Below are positions 1-16,735 of a stretch of DNA of 64,000 bases, piece after piece; position 1 is the stretch's first letter, and the number at the start of each line of letters is the position of its first letter. The notes beneath the pieces are model-generated. The model did no database searches, was not told where the DNA came from, and saw nothing but the letters and a program-made list of their open reading frames with translations. A program made the position numbers and the translations under genes. The DNA comes from the human T2T-CHM13v2.0 reference genome, Homo sapiens. The DNA lies in NCBI RefSeq assembly GCF_009914755.1, contig NC_060932.1; one strand, given 5' to 3'.

Positions 1-329
1 GCAACACAGTTGGTTCTTGACTGATACATACCAGCAGTCTAAATTGACAGTATTATTAAATGATCTTGCCTTCCTCAAACATATGCCAAGGGATGTAGGG
101 GAAAGAAGAAGTCTGGGGCTAAAATTTTGTCACAGACAATCTGTGAATGAGAAAAGAATGTTAAGACAAGAACACACATTCGTTAGATAGGCATATTTAA
201 TTACATAAATAAAAAACTTCCATAAGTAACCAAAAAAAGCAAAACATGTAACTAAAGTTATAAGATAAGTGATAAGCTTGGGAAACTATATTCAGTAAAA
301 CATTGGAACTCTTCAACTGACAATTTAAA

Positions 330-900
330 TAAACAAAATGAAATTCTAAAAAATCCACAGGCAAAGAACATCAACAGATGTATCCCAACTAGAAAACAAA
401 CACAGGAAAAATTACTGTTACAAATAATCATGAGGTATATTAAATAAAACACGATCGTGCTTGTTTTACCCATTAATTATCACCTTCCCCAAATAATTAG
501 ACTCAATGCTAATGGCAGTGAGGTGAACGTAACAACCTCATACATTGTGGGTGGCATTTTAAATTGCTATAGTAGTTTGGAAAGCCATTTGGTCATGTAT
601 CTCAAAAGCCACTTCTGAGACACTGACCTACAGAAATAGTCCAAAATAGAGAAAAATATGTATGCACAAAAGGATTCATTTTTAATAGCAAAAAGTTAGA
701 GGCAACACAAATGCTCAAAGAATAAACTATGGGAAATTAATTCAATGAAACATTATACATTCATTTAAAATTTTCTTTATGCAGAATCTATAATAACTTG
801 ATAAGCTAACACCATCATAATGTTAACAGAAAAAAGATACAAAATAATTTGTAAATTTTGAATATATTTTAAAAATGAGAAGTAAATTTATTAAAATATC
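330..900 (+). mobile_element. Old LINE-1 (L1M/L1ME-like) 3' fragment
   Basis: Degenerate L1 ORF2-end/3'UTR phrases (aacctcatacattgtgggtggc, tttggaaagccatttgg, gtatgcacaaaaggattcat); boundaries approximate. Confidence 0.5.
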
Positions 901-1039
901 ATTTTTATTGATGTTGTGGAATCTTCCACCTGAAGAGTCTCCCTTTTTCCTTCTTTCATGAACAGCTACCGGCCCATTTTTTTTTGCTCCTCTTTCCAGC
1001 AGTCCTTCTGCACCCCATTGCCACCATTCCCATGTTCTT

Positions 1040-1780
1040 GTCAAGGCTCTATAATGCCTTATTTGCAACATTTCTTTTCTTTTTGAACTCACTTCTTTGG
1101 GTTCCCCAGATACCACATTCTTTGATATTCCTCTTACCCTCCTGATCATACTCAAGCTCCTTGCTACCTTTGCTTTGTTCCTTGACCTTTGAATATTGGA
1201 GGGCTCCAGGAACCGGTTTCTGGAAGCTATGGTCTTCTTGGTTCTGCCCTTTCTCCTAAAATGAATTCATTCAGTATAATAGCTTTCGGTAACATTTTGA
1301 TGACCATGATTCCTAAATTTATCTTTTCAATGCTGACCACTCATTGAGTTCTGGACTTAGATATCCAACTACTTATTTACCATCTTCACTTGCATATTTA
1401 GCATGCATTTCAAACACAACATAACCCAGCTGAAACATTGATTCTCACTTTCCCTTGTTCCCATTTGTATCAATCTTGATCTTCCCACCTCAGAAAATAA
1501 CATCCCTATTGACTTAGTTGTTCATGTTAAAGACATAGAAGTATTCTTTCACTCCATCAGCATATCTCTCAGCTTTAACCTGAATCAATATTCTTCTCTT
1601 CATCTCTGTGTACATTGCCTTAATCCATACCACTGTAATTTCTCTCCAGAATCATTGCTGTGGAATCCAAATGTTCGCTGCTTCTACTTTTGCCCATATC
1701 TCCTGTGGTTTTCTTATTCACAAGCAGCCAATGTGAAATATTTAAGAAATAAATTAGATTGTATTATTTCCTCAATTTTC
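1040..1780 (+). mobile_element. LINE-2 fragment
   Basis: L2-like stretch catcttcacttgcatatttagcatgcatttcaaacacaacataacccagctgaaac in pyrimidine-rich context; boundaries approximate. Confidence 0.6.
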
Positions 1781-3424
1781 TTTTTCTAAGGGTACAATGG
1801 GAGAAATGCATGTTTAGTGTTATCTTCTTCCAGTAGATGGGGCTATTGAGCACCAAATTTTTCTCAGAACTGTTTTACAATTTTTTTTTTACATAAAAAG
1901 AGGGGTTCATCAATGTTGATTTTTACTAACTGTAAAACATTCCTCAGAGTATATCCACTATGTTTGCAACTATCAAAAATTTACAAAAGTGGAAAACATA
2001 AAATGTTTATTATAAATCATGAAAAGAATATAATTTGTTAATAAGATTCTCTTACTATTTGAAAGCCCTGCAAATTCGTGTGAACTCTAGAACATATATT
2101 GACAATCAATTATAATCTTTGCTAGGAGAAAGAGAAAGGGGAGCTCTTTTTTCTTCTATTGGTGAGTTTTACATTTATTCCAAAATGGGCATGATTCATA
2201 GTCTCCACTGGGATTTTCCTAAGGCTCTCATCCATGTGGATGAAATAGGATGATAGCTAGGAAAGCAGAGACATTAACACTTAAAGAACAGCTTCTATGT
2301 ATCATTTTGCATATTTTATCTACAGCTGCCATAGTATTTATTTGAGTTAAATATTCTCACCCTTATTTTATTAGACAGAAAAAATGGGGCTGAAAAAGGT
2401 TAAGAGATTTGCCATTAAGAAAAAGTAAAAAAAGCAATTGAATTTGAATCCACTCTGGCTTGCACAGATTCAAATAAGACTCTCACTGGTGTTCATACAC
2501 TGTTCATACACAGTGGTAATGTCCTTGACTGAAAGCGAGAAGCGTGTGGCTCATGCTAAGGCATGATCCCGTGAGCAGAAAGTGAGTCAAAGTTGGCATA
2601 GAATGATTTGGTGTAGATATGGCTGGAATTAGAGGCAAGTGCAAGATGCTAGGAGACAGCATAGGAAGTGTCTGAAACAACAACCCTGTATTGACTTGTC
2701 AACCTTTCCATATGCTATTGCTGAACAGTGGGGGAGGGGTTATGGGTGAGCATGACATTACACACCTGTTAGTTACTAACGCTTTAACCAGGATAAATCT
2801 TACACTTAGTCTTCAGTTGTGGCAAGCAGTGCAACTATGGAGAAAGAAAGAGTATGAGCTCTGGATTTGAATCCTGTATTCTAGACCCAGTGTGACCCTG
2901 GACAGGATCATGACTAAATTTTAGGATTTTGAAAAATTGGTAGATATAGCTACCAACTGATTTTGAGGAAAAAGCTAAGTGAGCTCATGTTCTAAAAGTG
3001 AATGCTCTAAGCTTTACTATTGGCATTTGTTATCTTTAATAGCAATACTGACATGATGTATCAGTGACCCACAGACAATCTGTTGGCCATTTTTGCCCAG
3101 GATGGGAACCATAGTCAGAAACAGATAAGCACCTTATGTTTCTGGCTGGAGTCAAGAAGAGTAGGGAGTGGGTGAAGAGTAAACAAGCAGAAACAAGGGA
3201 AACAAAACCATTCTTCGGGTTCCATTTTGTTTCTGGTCAACCCATATCCCAGCAGTCCCTGCTTCTCAGGTCAATGAAGATTCAACAGACAGTGTGGTGC
3301 TGTCTGCTGCCAATTCATAGCCTTCAACTTAGAAACTAACAGACTTTTTGTGTGTGTTTCCTCTGCTGAAACTTTTCACCTCTGATTTAAGCAGTGCAGT
3401 TTGGAAACTTCAAAGTAAGTACAG

Positions 3425-3781
3425 TGATATGGTTTGGCTGTGTCCTTACCAAAATCTCAACTTGAATTTTATCTCCCAGAATTCCCATGTGTTGTGGGAG
3501 GGGCCTACGGGGAGGTAATTGAATCATGGGGTCCAGTCTTTCCTGTGCTATTCTCATGATAGTGAATATGTCTCATGAGATCTGATGGGTTTATCAGGGC
3601 TTTCCACTTTTGCTTCTTCCTCATTTTCTCTTGCTGTCACCATGTAAGAAGTGCTTTTTGCCTCCCGCCATGATTCTGAGCCTCCCTAGCCAAGTGGAAC
3701 CGTAAGTCTAATTAAACCTCTTTCTTTTTGTTCCTAGTTTCAGGTATGTCTTTATCAGCAGCGTGAAAACGAACCAATACA
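3425..3781 (+). mobile_element. THE1 (THE1A-like) MaLR solo LTR
   Basis: Starts tgatatggtttggctgtg, ends gaaccaataca; typical THE1 body; attaaa polyA signal; DUX4-type motif TAATTGAATCA at 3516-3526; no clear TSD. Confidence 0.85.
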
Positions 3782-3889
3782 GTCTCTACTTCCATTGTAT
3801 TTTTAGCCATGCATTGTGATGCAAATGAATGTAATAGCAAACTATAAATTTGCAACAAATCAATGCATGCATTTAAACCATTATTATTT

Positions 3890-4150
3890 TTTCTCAGTTT
3901 TATTTTTAATTGGCAAATAATAACTGCATATTTATAGAGTTCAAAGTGATATTTCAACATATACATTGTGAAATGATCAAATCAGGGTAATTAGCCTATC
4001 CATTACTTACCTCAACTGTTCATCATTTCCTTGTGTTGTAAATATTTAAAATCCTCTCTTGTAGATATTCTGATGGATACAATACATTATTACTAAGTAC
4101 AATCACTGTCGCCTTTCTGTGTGATAGAATGCCCAGAACTTAACTTATCC
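3890..4150 (-). mobile_element. L1MA-type 3' end fragment
   Basis: tttatttttaattggcaaataataa...gtgaaatgatcaaatcagggtaattagc resembles a reverse-complemented L1MA 3' terminus. Confidence 0.6.
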
Positions 4151-5332
4151 AGAGGAGTCTCGTGAGATAGATAAAAGCATCCTAAACAAGATTAAAAATG
4201 GAGAAGAAGTCAATCTATGTTTCAAAAGGGAAAACCTTTAAAAATAATAAAGTTTAATGGGTATAAAGTTAAGCCATTATTAATTATTTTTGAAGGCTTT
4301 GTTTTTGAAACACAGAACTGATTCCCTCTCCATTTTTAAACCTGTTTAGGATACTCTTTTAACTAGCTGGATTCCTCAGGGGGTATCAAATTGTTACTCA
4401 TTGTTTTTATTACTCAAGTTCTGTCTCATCAGTTTATATTTTTAAAAGTATACTGAAGAAATGTGGTTTGACATTGGCCGGAGGGACCAGCATTGTCTTT
4501 TTTCCCAGGAATGGAAGTTTGGCAGGTTGTGTGTTGGCTGTGATAGAGGGTGGGGATGAGCACAAATATATTACACCTTTTAGGGCTGAAAAATAACACC
4601 TCAAGGTTTAAGACTGAATTACAGAACACTTAGCCTTCAGTAAATCCACTGTGATGGGCAAATGCCTGCCACATTTATTTGAGGCTAATTGCTTCTGAAG
4701 GCCTTAACAGGTGTCCCCATTACTGTCAGGACTGAGGTACTGTTACTGACGTAAATGAGAATTTAGTGCATGAAGAGGAGATAGGTGACCAAGACTCCCT
4801 TTTATTCCCTGATAATGCAGATAATTTGGCAGGGAGTGAGGCAAGAAGAGACTCTGAATGCCTGGTTATATTTGGGCAGTTAAGCAGTTATGTCTCTACT
4901 TTGGCAGAGAAGCCATATGTCAACATATAGAATTATTCTTTACCCTGTATTAGCAGAATGACTTGACTAATATCAAAGAAAGAACCCTCCATATTTGGGA
5001 GCATACCAGAATAAACTTTAGTTTTTCTCATTTGCATCAAATCTGATGCAAGACATGTGGCCCTCTGCTATCTTCTAACTCTACCATCTTTTACTCTCAG
5101 CCTCCAGTGGCACCATGGTGGCCAGTGGGGAATGTATGAGGTATCTGATGGTTCACCTCCTTGCACAGAAAATTACATGCATCATAGTCCATTGACCAGA
5201 GCTGGCAACATTGTTCCACTTCAATATTTAGTGGTCTGGGAAATGAACAAGAGCACATATGATATTTGGTCATTATTGTCTCTGCACCATTGTCCCCACC
5301 CCTCTTTACAAGCAGACATATTCCCAAGGGTT

Positions 5333-5365
5333 CCACCATCATCATTACCAGCAGCAGCAGCAGCA
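5333..5365. repeat. Short (CAT)/(CAG) triplet run next to a MIR fragment
   Basis: ccaccatcatcattaccagcagcagcagcagca, followed by MIR-like ctcagtttcctgatttctgaaa. Confidence 0.7.
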
Positions 5366-6184
5366 ATCCCTTCATGAGCTCAGTTTCCTGATTTCTGAAA
5401 AAAATAAGGACAATAATGCCTACTTCACAAAACTTGGATGAAGTAACATTTGAAAGCACTTAAAGTAGGGTATGGCACAAAATAGATATTCAGCATGTAT
5501 CATCACCAGTGCTACACTCTTGATAGAGAATTCAACAGGGACATTCCCATTGCACATAATTAAACACATAACATGAAATTAAAAAGAATATAAAATAAAG
5601 TCATTTATTTTTATTTTTCAGTCACATATTACAAAACAAAGTAGTGTTGACTCTGATACAGCTATTTGGTCTTTAATTCATCTTCTTATTCTCAAAGGGC
5701 ACCATAGTCATTGCCTGAGATCTGTGGTTCTAAGCCTCTAGGTGATCCAATGCGAAGCAGAGTTGTGAGCCAGTATAGTCCCTTGCTTTCTAGCCTTGCT
5801 ACTCTCACCCTGTTCCTCTGAATATCATCTGGATTCTGGAAAAGTATATATTAAAAAGTATATCGTAATTAGTTAATTACTTCCAGTTTTTGGCTACCCC
5901 TTGATTACCATTGTCATTATCATCATCATCAAACATGTTTTTCAAAGAGCAGTATTTCTGAAAATAATAGGTCTCAATTTTTATTAAAAATAATATAATG
6001 TTAGGTCCTCATTTATAAAATTAATAAAGTATTTCACAAGCAAGATTTTTGTTCCCTTTTACAATGAGGAGACTATGACTCAGACAGGTACTGTGACTAA
6101 TAAGGGGAAGAGTAAGGGACTCCACTTCAGGTTTTCTCATACCAAGTCCTGTGCCTTTTTAGTTGTATCAAAAGTCTCCTAAGG

Positions 6185-7197
6185 GTCTGGCAGCCAAGAT
6201 GGCCAAATAGGAACAGCTCCAGTCTACAGCTCCCAGCGTGAGTGAAGCAGAAGGTGGGTGATTTCTGCATTTCCATCTGAGGTACTGGGTTCATCTCACT
6301 AGGGAGTGCCAGACAGTGGGTGCAGCGCACCATGCACGAGCCAAAGCAGGGCGAGGCATTGCCTCACTCAGGAAGTGCAAGGGGTCAGGGAGTTCCCTTT
6401 TCTAGTCAAAGAAAGGGGTGACAGATGGCACCTGGAAAATCGGGTCACTCCCACCCTAATACTGTGCTTTTCTGACGGGCTTAAAAAACGGCCAGGAGAT
6501 TCTATCCCACACATGGCTCAGAGGGTCCTACGCCCATGGAGTCTTGCTGATTGCTAGCACAGCAGTCTGAGATCAAACTGCAAGACGGCAGTGAGGGTGA
6601 GGGAGGGGTGCCCGCCATAGCGCAGGCTTGCTTAGTTAAACAAAGCAGCCAGGAAGCTCGAACTGGGTGGAGCCCACCATAGCTCAAAGATGCCTGCCTG
6701 CCTCTGTAGGCTCCACCTCTGGGGGCAGGGCACAGTCAAACAAAAAGACAGCAGTAACCCCTGCAGACTTAAATGTCCCTGTCTGACAGCTTTGAAGAGA
6801 GCAGTGGTTCTCCCAGCACACAGCTGGAGATCTGAGAACAGGCAGACTGCCTCCTCAAGTGGGTCCCTGACACCTGACCCCCAGGCAGCCTAACGGGGAG
6901 GCACCCCCCAGTAGGGGCAGACTGACACCTCACGAGGCCGAGTACTCCTCTGAGACAAAACTTCCAGAGGAACGATCAGACAGCAGCATTTGCGGTACAC
7001 AAAAATCCGCTGTTCTGCAGCCACCACTGCTGATACCCAGGCAAACAGGGTCTGGAGTGGACCTCTAGCAAACTCCAACAGACCTGCAGCTGAGGGTCCT
7101 GTTAGAAGGAAAGCTAACAAACAGAAAGGACATCCACACCAAAAACCCTTCTGTACATCACTGTCATCAAAGACCAAAAGTAGATAAAACCACAAAG
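6185..7197 (+). promoter_or_regulatory. L1 5'UTR bidirectional promoter, including the ZNF93-target segment (~6945-7073)
   Basis: Canonical L1PA 5'UTR; contains the ~129-bp segment absent from L1PA2/L1HS. Confidence 0.75.
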
Positions 7198-8210
7198 ATG
7201 GGGAAAAAACAGAGCAGAAAAACTGGAAACTCTAAAAAGCAGAGTACCTCTCCTCCTCCAAAGGAATGCAGTTCCTCACCAGCAATGGAACAAAGCTGGA
7301 CAGAGAATGACTTTAACGAGTTGAGAGAAGAAGGCTTCAGATGATCAAACTACTCTGAGCTACAGGAGGAAATTCAAACCAAAGGCAAACAAGTAAGTTA
7401 AAAACTTTGAAAAAAAATTTAGACAAATGTAAAACTGGAATAACCAATATAGAGAAGTGCTTAAAGGAGCTGATGGAGCTGAAAGCCAACGCTCGGGAAC
7501 TACATGAAGAATGCAGAAGCCTCAGGAGCCGATGCGATCAAGTGGAAGAAAGGGTAGCAGTGACGGAAGATGAAATGAAGTGAGAAGGGAAGTATAGAGA
7601 AAAAAGAATAAAAGGAAATGAACAAAGCCTCCAAGAAATATCGGACTATGTGAAACGACCAAATCTACATGAGATTGGTGTACCTGAAAGTGACGGGGAG
7701 AATGGAACCAAGTTGGAAAACACTCTGCAGGATATTATCCAGGAGAACTTCCCCAATCTAGCAAGGCAGGCCAACACTTGGATTCAGGACATACAGAGAA
7801 TGCCACAAAGATACTCCTTGAGAAGAGCAACTCCAAGACACATAATTTTCAGATTCACCAAAGTTGAAATGCAGGAAAAAATGTTAAGGGCAGCCAGAGA
7901 GAAAGCTCGGGATACCCTCAAAGGGAAGCCCATCAGACTAACAGCTGATCTCTCAGCAGAAACTCTACAAGCCAGAAGACAGTGGGGGCCAATATTCAAC
8001 ATCCTTAAAGAAAAGAATTTTCAACCCAGAATTTCATATCCAGCCAAACTAAGCTTCCTAAGTGAAGGGGAAATAAAATCCTTTACAGACAAGCAAATGC
8101 TGAGAGATTTTGTCACCACCAGGCCTGCCCTAAAAGAGCTCCTGAAGGAAGCGCTAAACACGGAAAGGAACAACAGGTACCAGCCACTGCAACATCATGC
8201 CAAATTGTAA
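7198..8210 (+). pseudogene. L1 ORF1p (RNA-binding/chaperone), disrupted
   Basis: ATGGGGAAAAAACAG at 7198; CGA>TGA at ~7342 and indels near 7391; C-terminal part open (ORF 7650-8210 ...RPALKELLKEAL). Confidence 0.92.
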
Positions 8211-8273
8211 AAACCATCAAGGCTAGGAAGAAACTGCATCAACAAGTGAGCAAAATAACCAGCTAACATCATA

Positions 8274-12097
<3,824 letters not shown>

Positions 12098-13009
12098 ACA
12101 ATGAGAACACATGGACACAGGAAGGGGAACATCACACTCTGAGGATTGTTGTGGGGTGGGGAGAGGGATAGCATTAGGAGATATACCTAACGCTAAATGA
12201 CGAGTTAATGGGTGAAGCACACCAGCATGGCACATGTACACATATGTAACTAACCTGCACATTGTGCACATGTACCCTAAAGCTTAAAGTATAATAAAAA
12301 AAAAGTATCCTAAGGTTGGGATCCCAGGTTTTGAAGACCAAAAAAAATAGCAGTGGCTTATAAAAATAACAGCAATGGGTGATTCGCCTCAGATGAGCAG
12401 GTAAGGCATTTCCTACCAGCAAATCAGTAGCAACGTTGCTCATATGAATTGAATCTGTTTTTTACATTGTCTTAACAGTCAACTCACAATTAGAGTTTTA
12501 AGAGATTGCTAGAAACATTAAATGAATAAAGTAATTGGGCTGACCACTTGTGCGCTGGTTATTTTGATCATTAAGAATGGCCTACGTTAAATGAATTTGT
12601 TTAACTGCAAATAACTTCATCCCCAAGCTTCCCAGATCTAACCAGTCTCAAGGGCTGAGCAAAGAAATTTCCTTGGTTACACTGAGTACTTGTGTTTGCC
12701 AAGGCATCTTGGATACCCAAGGGACCCAAAATAGATCTACTCAAATGGTTTCCAATCTTATTTGCTTCCTTCCCCAGTAAGGGTCAGTTCAGAAGGATTC
12801 TAAATTAATGCAAGTTCTCCAGAGGTCAGCATAAATTAAAAAACATCAGCGTCTACTTTAACTATTGATAGCCTATTAAACCCTGATATTTAAATTGTGC
12901 TAGCATATAAATTAGGCTGCTGAGAATTAAGAATCAAGGGGCAATGCGTTGTTAGAGTAATCCAAATACTGCATACTAAATTGTAAGGCAGATTAAGATA
13001 ACAGATTCT

Positions 13010-13680
13010 GTAGATACTCTAGCCTAAAGGAAGAGGAGTGTAACTCTCTACTACTTGAATGAGGGCTGTGCATAGTGAATTTATTCCAAAGAGTACAGTA
13101 CAGAAAAAAAGATAACCTTACAATGCAGAAACCTAGAAACACTTGTCATTTGGGTAGTTAATGGTCAAATCGTATTCATAATATATACTCTTCCTTTATG
13201 TGATGAAAATGGCGCTTTGTCTCTGTGATTCTCCTCCCTAAACCCACAACCTCAGTCTAATCATGAGAAAAGCTTCTTCAGGCAAATTTCAATAGAGAGA
13301 AATTCCACAAAATGCCTGACTAGTACTCCTCAAAATTGTCAAGGTCATCAAACCCAAGGAAAGTGTGAAAAAAATGTCACGGCCAAGAGGAACCTAACAA
13401 CTTGTGACAAGCAAATGTAACAAGGGTTCTGTGTGATATCCTAGAACAGAAAAATAACATTAGGTAAAACAAAAAAAAAATAGATAACCGATGGACTTTA
13501 GTTAATTATAACATATTAAGATTTGTTTATTAATTGTAATATGTACCATACTAATGTAAAATAGTAATAATAGAGACAATGAGAATCTGATGTGGAGAAG
13601 TTGTATGAAAACTGTTTAATCTGCATAATTTCTCTGTAAATCTAAAACTGTTCTAAAAAATATGTCTATTAATAATTCTA
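13010..13680 (+). mobile_element. Old L1MC/L1MD-like 3'UTR fragment
   Basis: aaacccacaacctcagtctaatcatgagaaa...ctcctcaaaattgtcaaggtcatcaaa...tgtaaatctaaaactgttctaaaa. Confidence 0.65.
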
Positions 13681-13689
13681 AAAAATAAC

Positions 13690-13920
13690 AATAATAAACC
13701 CTTACATGGTCCCAGGTACTGTTCTGAGTTGTGTTATTATTTTGCATGATAATTTACTTAATGATATAATTATCATTCCCATTTTATAGATGGAAAAACA
13801 GAAGCACAGAGAAAAGTAATTTGCTCAAAGTCATGCCTACAGGAAATGCTGGGGGTATGGTTAGAACTCAGGGAACCTGAATGCAGTGTGTAGCTCTTAA
13901 CTACTAGGCTATGCTAACTT
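13690..13920 (-). mobile_element. MIR SINE
   Basis: Core tcccattttatagatggaaaaacagaagcacagag...tttgctcaaagtca. Confidence 0.7.
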
Positions 13921-15047
13921 TCTAAAATCTATTTTCTTGTTTATCTTAGTCTGTCTATGCTCATCTTCATGACCCTTTTTTGAAATTAACTTCTGTCTAA
14001 ACCAAGCCTCAATTTACCTTCTGTAGTGAGAATTTATTTTTCCTTTCCTGAAATTAATTTCCAATTCTTCCAGCAACACTTACCACTACTTTACCTCCCA
14101 TCAACATCTTCACCTTTGGAATCTACATCTTTCCCAATAACAACCAATAAGGTTTGAATTGTGTTGACTCTACTCCCAGTTCCAGCATTGGTCCAAGCCA
14201 ATCAACCTAGAGCATTCCTCTGGCTGCAATGATTAGCTACAGGATGGCCACATAACATGGCTGATGAGAAGATACAGAAACTTCTCCAGGATTTCCAAGA
14301 CAGTGAAGGTTTTTTTTCCCCCTGGATTTGGTGAAGTAAGTGCCTGAGGCTTGTTGCTGCACCTATATTACTACCTTGACGGGTGCCATGCTGAGGAACA
14401 GTTGATATTTGTAAGAGGACAGAGAAAGGTAATCCAGAAAAATGAAATGGATAACAGTATTTCAGCCTGCCTTGCCCTTACACATTCAGGTTATAGGTAT
14501 CAATTGATTACCTTTTTTTATTTGAAAAATTTAAGGTTTTTGACAGATAAACATAAGGAGTTCCAGCTGCTGCACTGTGCCCCTCTGGACCTCGGCCCCA
14601 GGAAAGTCTGAATTTTACCTGAGCAGTCAACAACCAGTCTCTGTAGGTGAGATGAATTTCGTAAGCCCTGTCTCACCCATGCTCACCCTCTTCCTCTCCC
14701 ATTCTTCTCCCATTGGGGCTAGGTTGCTCGTGATTCAGAGCTCCAAAGACCACAGCTTGTTTTAATTCAGACTGATTACTCTTAAATGGGACTGGCATTC
14801 CCTTGACTTGGAGTTTTTGTTTTTTGCCTTTTTTTCCTTTTCTTGTCCCCAAATATTAACAATTCCTTTATTCATGAGCCTCCTTTTCTCTCCACCATTG
14901 CCTTCAACTACATTTTTATCTCAAAAAGAGAAGGGGGAGTTTGTCCCCCGTATAATTTCTTTCTATTGCTATATTCCCGATCCCACTGAATGTTTCCAAC
15001 AGCTGTCTAAATCCTCAAGCCAGAAACTGGACATTTTTATAGTTGTT

Positions 15048-15568
15048 CTTAATTTTTTTATGGATACATAGTGGAGTAAAGAGTAGAATAGTGATTACTA
15101 GAGGCTAGGAAGGGTAGTGGGGAGGAGGGTGAATTTGTTCCTTCTCATGCTGCTATGAAGAAATATGCAAGACTGGGCAATTTATAAAGAAAAGAGGTTT
15201 AATTTACTCCCAGTTCTGCATTGCTGGGGAGGCCTCAGGAAACTTACAATCATGGCAGAAGGGGAAGCAAACATGTCTTTCTTCAAATTGCGGCAGGAAA
15301 AAGAAGTGCAGAGCAAAGAGAGTGAAAGTCCCCTATAAAACCATTGGATCTCATGAGAACTCACTCACTATAATGAGAACAGCATGGAGGAAACCACCCC
15401 CATGATTAAATCATCTCCCATGAGGTCCCTTCCCCAACATATGGGGATTACACTTCTGATTCACACCTCAAGATGAGATTTGGGTGGGGACACAGAGCCA
15501 GACCATATCAAAGGGGGTGAAGAGAGTTTGGTTAATGGGTATAAAAACACATTAGATAAAAGGAATAA
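15048..15568. mobile_element. Short L1MA 3' fragment with an apparent 5' inversion, interrupted by a THE1 LTR
   Basis: Antisense L1MA terminus ttttttatggatacatagt joined to sense 3'UTR gagtagaatagtgattactagaggc...gttaatgggtataaaaacacattagataaaaggaataag. Confidence 0.55.
15130..15510 (-). mobile_element. THE1C/D-like MaLR solo LTR
   Basis: gctgctatgaagaaat...aatttataaagaaaagaggtttaatt...gggacacagagccagaccatatca; near-TSD gaggg/aaggg. Confidence 0.85.
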
Positions 15569-16552
15569 GGGCATCAGTTTTTATTCTTTCCTCTTTCATA
15601 TACTTGCATTTAGTGTTACCATACCCTCTGCCTTACATTTCTAAAATGGCTCACAAATCCATTAGTTTTTGTCTGTTTATCAACAAATGCTTATCTACTA
15701 TTATCAACTATTACCTTGAAGACTTACAGCAATAACCTCCTAATTTATATTCCATCCCTCAACATTGAGAATAATAAATTCACAGATGCTTGGAGCTGGG
15801 AGAGACCTCAAAGATAATCTGGCCCAGTCCTTTGTTAAAGTCTTTGGTACACTTGGCAACATACCACAATACCACCTCAACTGCTCAAGGCCCTCCACCC
15901 CATACATCCCCTGATCTGGCCTCAGCCTCATCCCTCTGTGTACTCCTATGCATGTGAACTGTCACTTACTTACATCTTACTACATAGAACTGCACATTCA
16001 GGCTTCTGGGCCTTTGCTCCTGCTTTTCTCTCTGGAAAATTGATCCCATCCCTTAAATCATCTAAAAATAAGCATTCACTTTTCATAATTCAGTCAGGAT
16101 CACTTTATTATAACATTTTTCCTGATAATCTTTTTCCTTCTTGCCATAGTACTGGTTTGTTCCAACTTACATGCCCCTGCTGTGGCTTCTATGGACTCCT
16201 ATCACAGTGCCTAGAACTTTTTATCACACCTGATCATTTATACATCTGTCTCCTCACCTAAACTGAGAGTTTTGCAGGCTGAAGGTGTGCATGTTTGTAT
16301 CTGTGCCCCTATACCAATCATAATATCTGTTATGTAACAGAACCTCCAAGCATGTTGAATGAATGGTTAAGTTAATGACTGAAGAATTAGGTCTTCATCC
16401 ATAATAAGCTAGACATGGTCAGGGTAACGTTCCCTTGCCCTTTTTGCAGCCCTTGAGTGACTGAAGAGAGCCATGAGGTCTCCTTGATTCACAGTGATTT
16501 ATTTCTATCCCCTCGTCGTAACATAGGGTCTTCAAGGACAGTGTCCATATGT

Positions 16553-16735
16553 AAATGGTCCTCAAAGTGTGGTTCAGCATGGGTATCTCTTGAGAACTTG
16601 TAAGAAATGCAAATTATCAGTCCCCACTGAAACCTACCAAATTAGAAACTCTTGTGATGAGGCTCAGAAGGCTGTGCTTTAGAATCAGGTGATTCTGAAG
16701 TGCTCTGATGCACATTCAAGTTTGAGAACTACCAC
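16553..16735. mobile_element. MER5A hAT-Charlie DNA transposon relic
   Basis: TIR-like ends tggtcctcaaagtgtgg ... aagtttgagaactacca; gaaatgcaaatt core. Confidence 0.75.

Noticed and set aside
5057-5459. ORFs with poly-Q/poly-H/poly-A/poly-L tracts
   Set aside because: Produced by a short CAT/CAG repeat next to a MIR; no domain or exon structure.
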